Source: the human T2T-CHM13v2.0 reference genome, Homo sapiens. From it: 64,000 bases of DNA. The DNA is taken from assembly GCF_009914755.1 (NCBI RefSeq), contig NC_060942.1; one strand, 5' to 3'. Shown here piece by piece: positions 1 through 13,050 of the stretch. Position numbers and translations under genes: made by a program. The notes under the pieces were generated by a model. It saw nothing but the letters and a program-made list of their open reading frames with translations, was not told where the DNA came from and made no database searches. How positions within the stretch are numbered: the stretch's first letter is position 1; every line of letters starts with the position of its first letter.

Positions 1-324
1 TCGAGCCCGACCTTTTACCACCTCACTGAGGTTTCTGGTGCCACGCCAGCCTGGTGTTCCACGAATACAGCCCAAGTAACGTGAACACCACCGGACTGGG
101 TCGCCCGAGAAACTTCACACTTTTTACCAGGCAAGACGGGCGGAAAAGCGTGGGTTTTCGCAAGGTGACCCATCTTCACATCTGGTCGACCCTCGGCTCC
201 TCCCAGACCCCTTCGCGGTGGACTTGGGGGCCTCGCCGGGTTCGCCTTTTCCGTCCCACGCTCCTTTCTCTCGTCTCCCCACCCACGCCCGGGGCCATGC
301 CCAGCTGGACCTCCCCACCCCTGC

Positions 325-333
325 ACTCACCCT
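325..333 (-). other. MEX3C: Splice donor of MEX3C intron 1
   Basis: AGG|GTGAGT consensus 5' splice site at the point where MEX-3 homology ends. Confidence 0.93.
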
Positions 334-1075
334 GGCGGCCGACGATCTCGGCGACGTGCTCGGAGCTGGGCACCGGGACGCACTCGGTGGTGTTGACGCT
401 CTTTCTCCGGAGCAGGGCCGCCTGCTCCCCGTTCAGGGCGGCCGCCGCCGCCCCACAACCGCCGGGGCCGTAGGCGTGGGACAGCATCGCCGCCATCATG
501 CCCTGGGCATCGTCCCCTCCGTACAGCACCCCCGCCGCCGCCGCCGCCTCCCGGGCATCGAACCTGGCGGCTGGCAGCAGCACAGACCCCAGGGACCCGC
601 CTGGGATCTGCTGGGTCTGAGAGGCGGTGGCCGCGGGCGGCGACAGCAGCAGCAGCGACGACCGGTCCTCCTCCTCTGCTTCCTCCAGCTCCTCCTCCTC
701 CAGCAGGTCTCCGTCCAGCTCCGCTTCCTCCCCCTCCTCCTCGTCCTCTTCCAGCTCCAGCTCGGCCGCCTCCGGGGCCCCGGGCCGGCCGGGCGGAGCC
801 CGCTCCTCTGGAGACAGCTCCGCTGCCCGCCGGGCCTGGCCCTGCGCCGCCGCTGCCGGGGCCCGAAGCGCCGGGGCGCCGGGCTCCGCCGGGCTGGGGT
901 CGTCGAGGCCTAGCGCGGCCAAGCGCTCCCTCAGCAGGAGCCCGTCCCCCTCGAGCTCCGGGCCGCCCGAGGGCGGCGGCAGAGGCGGCGGTGGCGGCGG
1001 CGGCGGCGGGGGCGGCTGCGGCAGGGGGGCCGGGGCCGCCGCCAGGGCCAGGGCCGCGGAGCTGCCGCTGGGCAT
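331..1075 (-). CDS. MEX3C: MEX3C first coding exon: Pro/Ala/Glu-rich N-terminus, Leu-rich NES-like segment, start of KH1 domain
   Basis: Translation [24 protein letters not shown]...[25 protein letters not shown] matches the MEX-3 family KH1 start. ATG at 1075 has G at -3. Phase-1 donor CAGG|GTGAGT at 331/330 splits the GxxG loop. Confidence 0.96.
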
Positions 1076-1114
1076 CGCGGCGGCGCGCTGTCAATGGCGG
1101 CGGCGGCGGCCGGG

Positions 1115-1141
1115 TCAGGCGCGGCAGGCGGCGAGCCCCAT
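1115..1141 (-). other. uORF MGLAACRA* in the MEX3C leader
   Basis: TCCGCC-ATG-G strong Kozak context; TGA at 1115-1117; ends 39 nt before the main ATG. Confidence 0.6.
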
Positions 1142-1353
1142 GGCGGACAGGGCCAGGGCCCTGCTCAGCTCGCAAACACCTTTCCTCTGGGGAGGCGGCG
1201 GGGCTGGGGACCCGGGCCGAGGAGCGCCAGGGCCGCCCGGAGACCGGAGAGGGCGGGGTGGAGGGGCAGGGGAAGGAGGCAGAGGTAGGTAACTAGGTGG
1301 GTGGGTGGGGACGGCGGCGGGGCGGGCTGGTGGAGGTGGCAGCGGCTCCCCTC

Positions 1354-1374
1354 TCAGTGTTTCTTTTGTTTCAT
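1354..1374 (-). other. uORF MKQKKH*
   Basis: GCC-ATG-AAA-CAA-AAG-AAA-CAC-TGA; inside the mRNA only if the TSS lies above 1374. Confidence 0.45.
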
Positions 1375-1448
1375 GGCCTTAACCAGCCCCCGGCGCGCGC
1401 GGCGGCGGCGGCTACGCCCCACGCCGCTCTCCGAATGAAGCCGGCGCG

Positions 1449-1712
1449 CTCTGATTGGGTGCTTTTAATCTCTGGGAGCCCGCCTTCTCCTCCCGCAGCC
1501 TTCCAACTCCTTTCCCCAGCCCCACCCCCCACCCTCCTTCGGGCCCCGCCCCTCCCCTCCCCAGAGCTCTCTGATTGGGTGACCGGGACCAGCCAGTTCC
1601 CGAAGCCTACTCCTTCCGTCCTCTCCCCGCCCACCTCCCTCTCATTCCTCCCGGCACGCGCGGAGAGGGACTGTGATTGTTCACTTTACACGTCACTCTT
1701 TGTGACGTCCCC
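1449..1712 (-). promoter_or_regulatory. TATA-less core/proximal promoter: two CCAAT boxes, GC boxes, CRE-like sites
   Basis: CTCTGATTGGGTG at 1449-1461 and 1569-1581; CCCCGCCC near 1544 and 1625; CGTCA 1691-1695; TGACGTC 1703-1709. Confidence 0.65.
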
Positions 1713-2157
1713 GGCGGGGGCGGGAAAAAGGAGGCGGACGAAGGCGCTGCAGCAGAGGCTGAAACTAAGGGCCAAGCGGGGTTTTGGCGCAGGCGCGTGC
1801 GGTCGAAGCGCACACCTGGATTTGTTTCCCCCCAACCCTTCATCCCTGTAGCCCATGTGGCTGAGTTCTTTTAGGGAAGGCACTGTGTGAGCGGCCTGGA
1901 GCAGAGCTGCAGGCATAGGTTCGAGAGCATTGTTTCCTTGGGTTGAGGAAGAGATCGCCCCCTTCAGAGGAAGGGCCTTAAGAAGAGTCACGGAAGGAGG
2001 GGCCACGCAGTATCCTCCTATCCCCTCGCGGGGGCGGTTTCCTGAGCCGCGTGGCTCCCGGGCCTTCCCTCTCGGACTCGGGAATGCTCCTCCCACGCCC
2101 CGCTGGCCTGGCTTCTCTGCCGGCAGGATGGTTACATCAGCAGCCTGGAGGTGCTGA

Positions 2158-2784
<627 letters not shown>

Positions 2785-2899
2785 TCTTTGGTGCTTTTTA
2801 AGAAAATGAATCCCCGTTTCCTCCTCCCTAGACACTCTTCCCACAGTATTGCTCAGGTGATCTCACGCAGTGGCTATCTTTTCTAGAGGTTATTATTTC

Positions 2900-3195
2900 T
2901 GTTTTTGTTGAGACAAGAGTCTCACTCTGTCGCCTAGGCTGGAGTGCAGTGACATGATCACAGCTCACTGCTGCCTTGACCTCCTAGGCTCAAGTGATCA
3001 TCCCGCCTCAGCCTCCCCAGTGCATCACCACGCCCGGCGCGCATCACCACACGTGGCTAATTTTGTTTATCTTTTGTAGAGACTGGGTTCTTACCCTGTT
3101 GCCCAGGCTGGTCTCAAACTCCTGGGCTCAAGCGATCCTTCCACCTGGGCCTCTCAAAGTGCTGGGATCACAGGCGTGAGCCACCGCGCCTGGCC
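2900..3195 (-). mobile_element. AluJ
   Basis: Reverse Alu with J-type GGCTCAAGCGATCC. Confidence 0.85.
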
Positions 3196-3314
3196 TCTAG
3201 GGGGTATTTTTAAATGGCTTGTTAAAAATTATGCTTCTTAACTTTCCTCTGTCTTAGGCTGTGACTAGCCCGTCTATCCCTTTAGTACTAAGTCCTGCCA
3301 GGTTAATCTTAGCC

Positions 3315-3575
3315 AGCAGCTTGGTCCTATACCTACAGATACAATGTAACAATGTAATTTTAAAATTTCTAAATGACCCCTTTAAAGCAAGAAGAAACAT
3401 AGTTTTAATAAATACACTTAGTTCAATATGTCCAAAATAGTATTTCAACATGTAAGCCATATAAAATTACTGATAATGTTTACAGTTCTTTTGCATTAAG
3501 CCTTTGAAACCAGGGTGTGTTTTACACTTCCAGAAGTTCTTTTCACACTAACTGCATTTCAAGTACTACTCAGTA
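3315..3575 (+). mobile_element. MER33-like hAT-Charlie relic
   Basis: ATGTAATTTTAAAATTTCTA...TATTTCAACATGTAA...GTGTGTTTTACACTT resembles MER33. Confidence 0.6.
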
Positions 3576-4521
3576 AGTACTCTAAATTTCTTGATTTTAA
3601 AATTATAACGGGACACTTTCTATATTGGATTAATTTATTATACCTAATTGCCTTAAACTCGTTTCTTAAGAGTCAACTTTAATTGAACATATACTTTTCT
3701 AAATTGTCTAGGCTGTTACCAAGACGGAGAAGGCTAAACTGTGACTTGCATTTGCTATTTTGTGCCCATAGGACATTTGCACAGTCCTACCTCACCCCTC
3801 TGATCAAAGACCTAGAGACTTTTAGCTAACACTAAACCTTTCCTGTTACTACTCCTAGATTTCCCCAGCCCTCCTAGAACCCTGTGTCTTGCTTCTCTAA
3901 CAACACAATTGTAGCAGTAAGCTCTGGAGGAGGTGGGTTTATAGAAGAAATCTTGCCCTTACCCATAGTGAAAAGTGATCTTTTCCTTCCCTACCTTCCC
4001 AATTACGCACAATTTTCACTGATTTACTACATTGACACCCTTTTCGAGATATGCCTTAAGGACACATTTCATGATATTTTGATAAAAGGTACTAAATCTT
4101 TTTTAATGTATCAGTGAATAGCTTATACAATTAGACATTTACTTATAGAATATGCAAAATGTTTGCTGTCTGATATTTAAGTTTAAACAATATTATTTGA
4201 AGGGAAGAACTTCTAAAAATCAAATCCAATCAAGGGAGAAAGCCAAATAAAATATACAGCGGTCACCCCAGGATATGTTGGTCATTGGAAGGAAATACAA
4301 ATGAAACTTGAAAGTCCTTCTCTCCACCTCTTTTCATGAATTATCATATAATGCTCACTCCTTAGTCTTCCCAGTTCTCTTCCCAAGAACCCAAAGCAAA
4401 AGCTGTAGCAGGAGTGATAGTTCACCGCACATTTTTCTTTTGAGAGGGGGAGATGTAAGAAATAGATTCATGTACATAAGTTTCACAAAGATCCACTTGG
4501 CTAGGATTTTTTAAGATGCTA

Positions 4522-4875
<354 letters not shown>

Positions 4876-5599
4876 TCATTCTCACATAATAAATGAGGTT
4901 TCATGAGTTCCTGTACACAAATATATACATTCATGCATTAATTTATATTTGGTCAATGTTGCGATTTATGAATAAGGCAGGAGATATTAAAGCTCACAGA
5001 CCTTCCCATTTGGGTCTAAATTTATCGTCTTGTATTAAATCTTGTTTATGAAGCAACTTTGAGATTTGCTTTTTCTCTAAATATAATGACTGGGATTCTT
5101 TCATTTTAATATATCAAACTTCCCAGTCCCTTCTATCTCCCTCAGTCACACCACGCACTAATTTGCACCTGAAGAGGGTTTCCCTTTTATTCCTATGGTG
5201 TTGTTTATGACAGAGTTTGACACATGGAGGGTGGTGAGGAAGAAGAGTTGCTTTAAGGATCATAGGACAAAAAACCTACAGCATTGGCCCTGCCCTTTAT
5301 CAAATCGCAGGCTGGCTGCTGAACTAAAAATCTATCCAATTGTAATATTAAGGTTGGAATAATTGCAGAGTAAACAAAGCTTAACAAGATGTTTGTCCTA
5401 GTAAGAAAATTGAGATAATTAGACAATAATTTTGACGCAATGCTGTAAAGACTGCCAGAAAAAAAACATGGTGAAAGATTCTGCTGAGACCCTCAGACAG
5501 AAGCCAGAACTAAGCACATACTTCCTTTATAAAGCAGGACGAGTTTTTTAGGGTAGGATGTTCCTCAGAAGTAGTAATACCCAGCTCCACGATATTTCT

Positions 5600-6520
5600 T
5601 CCTACCCAGGACCATGAACATGTCATTCTCTTGCCTTGAATGGCTCACTGCCTTGCAAGAAAATCTTCTACATGGAATTCCAGGCCTTCCACATTTTGGT
5701 ATCATTCTTTCAGGTGCTCAAAACTGTCACATAAGCATGCTCAGATCTCTCCCATATTAACAGAAACTCCTCCTTGACAGCACATCCCCCTCTTGTCACC
5801 ACCCTCTTTACTTTCAATCAGCTTCTCCAATCAGCTGTCTGCACTCACTGCCCATTTCTTTACCAAGCACTGCAATGCAGCCATGGCTCTTGCTGCTTCA
5901 CTGAAATTATTCTCACCTTGTCAGTAAATCCATTGAGCGCTTTTTATCCTTATCCAGCTTAACCTTTCCATGGCAGGATTTGACACTATTGACTGCTCTT
6001 TAAAGCAACCTCTTCCTTTCCCTTCCTTGAGCTCTGCTTTTCTTACTTCCATGGTCATGCCCTGGTCTCCATAGAAGGCTCTGTGTTCCTATCACTCACA
6101 TATGGCATCCATCAAAGATCAGTCTCAGTCAGGCCTGCTTTTGCTTACTGTATACTCTCCACCTAAACTTTTATCCATTTCCAAGGCTTCTATTACCTTG
6201 TTGACAGTTCCCAAGTACATATTGCCATTTCTTATCTCTCCATTGAGTTCCAGACCCACAAGTCCCACTGTTTTATGGATACCTGGAATTGGCAATTCAA
6301 ATTCAACCTCAGTTTAAACTCAATTTCTCAAACAAATCTTCTCAGGTAAAATTGATTTTCAGCTTAATAGTGTGCTAGATAGCACCATTGTCTACTCCAT
6401 TCTTTTGACAAAAGCCTGGTGGACATTCTTGACTTCTTTAACTCCCATAGCCAGTCAAAGATCAGGTTCTAAGGGTCATACCAATTCTCAAATCCATCCA
6501 TCTTTCTGCATCTCTACCAC
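5600..6520 (-). mobile_element. L2 fragments
   Basis: Pyrimidine-rich degenerate L2-like sequence that continues after the MER21 LTR. Confidence 0.45.
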
Positions 6521-7135
6521 TGTGATAGAATAAGAAATTTATCTTTGATCTTTATCCATAATTTGTGGTACAGAGCTCCTAAAACTCTTGTAATTTCCTG
6601 AATAATTGGTGGTGATAGGAGATTGAGTTAATAAACATGCATGTATGATAAAACCTCCATTAAAAAAAAACCCTTGGAGAGCTTCTGGGTTAGTGAAGGC
6701 ACACACATACCAGGAGGGTAGTGTGCTCCAACTCTACTAGGACAGAAGCTCCTGAGCACAGGATCCTTCCAGATCTCACCCTGTGTACCTCTTCACCTGG
6801 CTGTTCGTTCGGATCCTTTATACTCAACCAGTAATAGTAAGATGCTTTTCTGAGTTCTGTGAGCCACTCTAGCAAATATTTGTGTCCCTGGGAACCCCTG
6901 ACTTTGTAGCCAAATTGGATAGAAGGTTGGGTACCCTGGATACTCAAAACTTGTGTTGGCATCTGCAGTGGGGCAGTCTTGTGGGGCTGAGCCCTTAACC
7001 TATGGGATCTATGTTAACTCCAAGTAGTTAGTGCCAGAACTGAATTGAATTTTGAGACACCCACTCGATGTCCAGAAAGTTGGAGCATTGTTTGATTTGG
7101 AGACAAAACCCCATACATTTGGTGTTAGAAGTGCT
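6521..7135 (+). mobile_element. MER21-family LTR
   Basis: TGTGATAGAATAAGAAAT...ACAGAGCTCCTAAAAC...TTTGGTGTTAGAAGTG. Confidence 0.65.
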
Positions 7136-7488
7136 GAGACTAAAACTGTTCAGAACCATCATTACCACAGTCTAGATGATGAACAGGAGTCCCCAAGACA
7201 AATATTCTTACATCTAGTCTTGCACCACTCTAATTCATTGTCCATGCTGCAGCTGGAATAATTTTAATTCAGGATTACTTCTTCTACTTCTCTTAAAACC
7301 CTTTTTGTCGTCCTTAGGATAATATCCACATTTCCTAACATACAAGGTCTTCTGCATCTGGGCTATGTCTACCTCTTATCCTTGTTCATGCTAGGCTTCC
7401 TTTTACATTGTTGTTCTTACCATAAAGGCCTTCTGGCAAGTGTTCATATATTCTACATATTCTTCTTATGCCTCCAGGCCTGGAATAG

Positions 7489-7871
<383 letters not shown>

Positions 7872-8419
7872 TAAACATCACTTCCTCTAGGGTGTCTTCC
7901 CTAACCTATTAGGTAAGGTAGATGTCCTGCAATTGGCTCTTATGGTGTCCTCTATGTCCCTAGCAACACTTTGCATTCTTTGTTCTGGAATTGTCTCTCT
8001 TCTTCTCTTCTTTATAAAGCCAGCTTTACCATAGCACTTGGTACCTAGGAGGGGCCAGTATGTCCTTGCTGACTGACCAACTAAATGGATATTATTTCAA
8101 ATAAACTCAGTTCAACAGCTAATCTGAACCTTTGGCCGTTTTTGAAATATGCATTGTACTATCCCATCTTTGTGCCTTTGCTAGTGTTGTTTTTCTGCTC
8201 AGATTGCCCTGACCTTCTATCCCACCTTCCCCATCTCCACACATTTTTAATCCTCAGCTTACATTTGACTTCTTCCAACCTACATTCCTAGTCAATAGAA
8301 TCAGGGCTAGTCCTTCCCTTCCTCTCCCCAGGAAAATACATATGAAGGCAACATTTCTCGTATATTTCTGTATGCTTAAACGACCCCTTAAAGTCTACCC
8401 ATGGATCTCTTGGGGTTCT

Positions 8420-8899
8420 GTAGGCCTATGAAACAGACTGGCTAGATGTTCACTAAATCTGTTTCCTCCTCTTCCTGAGCACACAGCTAGACTACATTTC
8501 CTGGCCTCCACCGTGGTTGGGAAGACTGAGTTTTAGCCAAGTGTACAGAATTTCCTTCAAGAGTCCCTCATATTATCATCCTTGTTCCTCCTCTATCTGT
8601 GGATGTAAATGAGTATGATGAACTTGGAAGCCACATGTTAAAGATGACAGAGCCGCAAGATAAAAGGAGCTTGAGTCACCACATGGAGCAGAGGTGCCCT
8701 CCAATCAGATGTACCTGTTTCATACTTTATATGAGTGGAAAAAAAAAAGATTTTTAAGGAGTTTGAAATATATTTTTGTATACATTGGTTATAGCAGTTA
8801 GCCTATCTTTTTTTTTTTTAATTTTATAAATTTTTGCTAAGGGAGGTGCAGGTCCACACCAAGGCCCAGCCATCCCAGTTAGCCTGTCTTAACTAACAT
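8420..8899 (+). mobile_element. MLT1 (MLT1J-like) MaLR LTR
   Basis: CACACAGCTAGACTACATTTCC motif; GTTATAGCAGTTAGCCT...ACTAACA terminus. Confidence 0.6.
8810..8875 (-). mobile_element. 66-bp unidentified poly(A)-tailed retro-insertion with 15-bp TSD
   Basis: CAGTTAGCCTATCTT (8795-8809) and CAGTTAGCCTGTCTT (8876-8890) flank a T-tract plus about 55 nt of unrecognised sequence. Confidence 0.7.
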
Positions 8900-8929
8900 A
8901 AAACACCAAGTTAAAAACCCCTGGTTTGT

Positions 8930-9320
8930 AAGAAGATAGTAAAAAGCTTAGTGGTTGCCAGGGGTTGGAGGAAGGGAGGAATAGATAGGTGGAGCTTAGA
9001 GAATTTTTAGGGCAGTGAAACTACCATTTTTAATACTATAATGGTAGATACACATCTTTATACATTTGTCAAAACCCATAAAGTGTACAGAACCAAGACT
9101 GAATCCTAATGTAGACTATGGACTTTGGGTGGTAATGATGAGTCAATGTAGGTTTGTAGGTTCAAGAATTCTAACAAATGTTCCACTGTGGTACTGGATG
9201 TTGATAATGGGGTGGCTGTGTGTCTGTGTGGAGAGGGGGTACATAGGAACTCTCTGTACTTTCTGCTTAATTTTGCTGTGAACTAAAACCGCTTTAGAAA
9301 ATGAAATCTACTGAAAACAA
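8930..9320 (+). mobile_element. L1M (L1MC-like) 3' end
   Basis: AGTGGTTGCCAGGGG...CATTTGTCAAAACCCATA...GGAACTCTCTGTACTTTCTG. Confidence 0.7.
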
Positions 9321-9371
9321 AAACAAAAACAAAAAACACAACAAAACCCTGGTTTACACATTTATAATTAA

Positions 9372-9526
<155 letters not shown>

Positions 9527-9692
9527 TAAGCTACTTATATGCTCTAATCACAAACTGCCCAAGACTATTTCACTTTATAGCACAGAGCCTGATAATACAT
9601 ATTTATTTACATGAGGATCAATCTACCCAGATAACACAGCAGCTCTAAATGTGCACGCTCCAACAATAAGGCTTCAAAATATATGGAAAAAA

Positions 9693-9992
9693 GGCCAGGT
9701 GCGGTGGCTCACGCCTGTAATCCCAGCACTTTGGTAGGCCAAGGTGGGTGGAGCACCTGAGTTTGGGAGTTCAAAAGCAGCCTGGCCAACATGGAGAAAC
9801 CACGTCTCTACTAAAAATACAAAAATTAGCCAGGCTGGTGGTGCATGCCTGTAGTCCCAGCTACTCAGGAGGCTGAGGCAGGGGAAATCACTTGAACCCT
9901 GGAGGCAGAGGTTTCAGTGAGCCAAGAACGTGCCACTGTACTCCAGCCTGGGTGTGTCTAAAAAATTGAAAACAAAAACAAAAACATGGAAA
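9693..9992 (+). mobile_element. AluS
   Basis: Dimeric Alu inside L1. Confidence 0.88.
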
Positions 9993-10482
9993 ACAAACAA
10001 AACCAAACAATGTGAAAACAATAAAGCTGAAAGGAGAACTACAAATCCACAATTATAGTTGGGGACCTCAACACTCCCTGTCAGTAATTAATAGAAGTAT
10101 TAGTAAACAGAAAGCAAAAAAGTAGAACTACATAACACCATTAGCCAAGAGGATGTAATTGATGTTTATAGATGACTCCACTTAACAACAGCAGAATATA
10201 ACTTTTTTCCAAGTGCCCATGCAACAGTTGTATACATAGGCCATATCCTGGATTATAAAGCAGACGTCAACAAATTCAAAATAATTGAAGCTATATGAAG
10301 TATGCACTATGACTATAAAAAAATTGAACTAGAAATCAATAACATGAAGAAAACAAGAAAACCTCAATACATGAAGATTACACAACACATAATCCATGAG
10401 TCAATGAAATCTTTCAGGGAAAATAAAAAAATACATTGATCTGAATGAAAATTAAAATATAATATATGAAAACGTGTGGGAT

Positions 10483-10803
10483 GGCCAAGCACAGTAGCTC
10501 ATGCCTGTAATCACAACACTTTGGGAGGCCAAGGCAGGTGGATCACCTGAGGTCATGAGTTTGAGACCAGCCTGGCCAACATGGTAAAACCCCATCTTTA
10601 CTAAAAATGCAACAATTAGCTGGGTGTGGTGGCGTACACCTACTACTACTACTCAGCTACTCAGCTACTCAGGAGGCTGAGATGGGAGAATTGCTTGAAC
10701 CCGGGAGGCGGAGGCTTCAGTGAGCCGAGATTGCGCCACTCTAGACTAGGTGACAGCGAGACCCCATCTCAAAAAAAAAAAAAAAAAAAAAGAAAGAGAA
10801 AAA
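10483..10803 (+). mobile_element. AluS
   Basis: Dimeric Alu; TSD-like GAAAACGTGTGGGA / GAAAACTTGTGGGA. Confidence 0.88.
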
Positions 10804-11474
10804 ACCCAGAAAACTTGTGGGACACAGCTAAAGCACACCTGAGAAATTTATGGCACTAAAATATATTAGAAAAAAAGGAAAGGGTTCAAATCAATAACCT
10901 AAATCCCCACCTGAAGAAACTAGAAAAAGAACAAAATAAACCCAAACAAGCAGAAAAAAAGAAACTAATAAAGTTAAGAGCAGAAATCAATAAAATTGAA
11001 AATATGGAAATAGTAGAGAAACTCCATGTAACATATGGATCCTTAAAAACATCAATAAAATTGCTAAACATTTAGCAAAACTGAGAAAAATAAGAAAGAA
11101 GACACAAATTATCAACATTGGCAATGAAATGGGATCCCACTATAGATCCTGAAGCCATTAAAAGCATAAAAGGAGACTACCACAAACAACTTTATGTTCA
11201 TAAATTCAACAACTTGGAAGAAATGGACCAACGTTTTGAAAACTATATAGTACCAAAATTCAACCAAGATTAAACAACCTAAATATTCCTATAATGATAA
11301 GGAAATTAAACTCATAACTGAAAAGCTTCCAAAAAAGAAATCTAGAGTTCTACTAAAGATAAAGAAGACATTAAAAAGTGCCTGTACTCTCACCACTCTG
11401 CGATAGTTTCAGATAACATGATTCCTGATGATCTAATGGTCAGGAAAAAAAGAAAAATGAAAAAAAGGCTGGAA

Positions 11475-11844
<370 letters not shown>

Positions 11845-12270
11845 CTAAGATTCATTGATGTAGAACTGAACTTCTCTACCACTGTATTCTAACACTGACA
11901 AAAATGTCAATTTGCCATTATAACCTAACCTATGGAATACATCTTCCAGAGACCGTGGGGGACATGCACTAAAGGGGAGTTGGCTGCTTTTTAGCTTAAA
12001 AATCACTTATCCTGTTAGTGCCTCATTTTCTTCACAGATAAAACATGAATTCATTTATTTATCTAACAGATAATTACATAGCCTCTACTATGTCCCAGGC
12101 ACTGTTCTAAGTATCTGGAACACATTCGTGAACAACAACAAAAAAGATCCCTTCTTCTGCAGAACCTACACATTCTATAAGGGGGGTGGGGCACAAAAGT
12201 TAAACAACAATATATAACAAAATAAATTGTACAGCATGTTAGAAGGTGATAATGCTATATGAAAAACAAA

Positions 12271-12557
<287 letters not shown>

Positions 12558-12598
12558 AATATATATACATATATATATACACACATATATATATATAT

Positions 12599-12643
<45 letters not shown>

Positions 12644-12657
12644 TCTGTATATATATA
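12558..12657. repeat. Compound (TA)n/(CA)n microsatellite in the Alu tail
   Basis: Alternating TA and CA blocks. Confidence 0.92.
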
Positions 12658-12899
12658 AACAAGAGTGCAATATGGTAAGGAGGATATCAACTACAGGGGT
12701 CTTGGGCAGGATCCTGACCCACGATGGTGGGTCAGGGTAGGCCTGATTGAGAGGGTCATGTCTGAGCAAAGATTTGCAGGTTAAGGAGTTAGCCAAGGGG
12801 GTATTTGGGGAAAAAGTGTTCCAGGAAGAGCCACACATCTAGAGTGAAGGCTAAATTAGGAGTGGAGCATGCAGAACTTTTAGGCCATTTAAAGGACTT

Positions 12900-13050
12900 C
12901 ATTAGTTGTGCCTGGTGGTGCACACCTATAGTTGGAGGTATGGGAGAGGCTGAGGTGGAGGAATTGCTTGAGCCCAGCACTGCAGTGAGCTGAGGTGGTG
13001 CTACTGCACTCCAGCTACTGCACTCACAGAGTGAGACCCTGTCTCTGTTA
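12900..13050 (+). mobile_element. Alu right-arm monomer (FRAM/AluJ-like)
   Basis: GAGGCTGAGGTGGAGGAATTGCTTGAGCCCAG...GAGACCCTGTCTC. Confidence 0.7.

Larger units (their letters stand above)
1..2110. promoter_or_regulatory. CpG island spanning the MEX3C promoter, exon 1 and start of intron 1
   Basis: Very high GC and undepleted CpG, which fall abruptly at the Alu cluster near 2170. Confidence 0.92.
9605..11400 (+). mobile_element. Old L1 ORF2 (endonuclease region) fragment interrupted by two Alus
   Basis: A-rich; ACAATTATAGTTGGGGACCTCAACACTCC, AACAACAGCAGAATATA and GAAGAAATGGACCAA L1 motifs; no open frame. Confidence 0.75.

Noticed and set aside
176-330. C-terminal extension of the 299-aa ORF (ECRGGEVQ...)
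   Set aside because: Read-through into intron 1 past a consensus GTGAGT donor; MEX-3 homology stops at GRQG.
327-1175. 282-aa alternative-frame ORF overlapping exon 1
   Set aside because: TTG start, no internal Met, low complexity; stop-free frames are expected at this GC content.
218-1851. Long plus-strand ORFs across the CpG island
   Set aside because: Antisense shadows of GC-rich low-complexity sequence with no recognisable domain.
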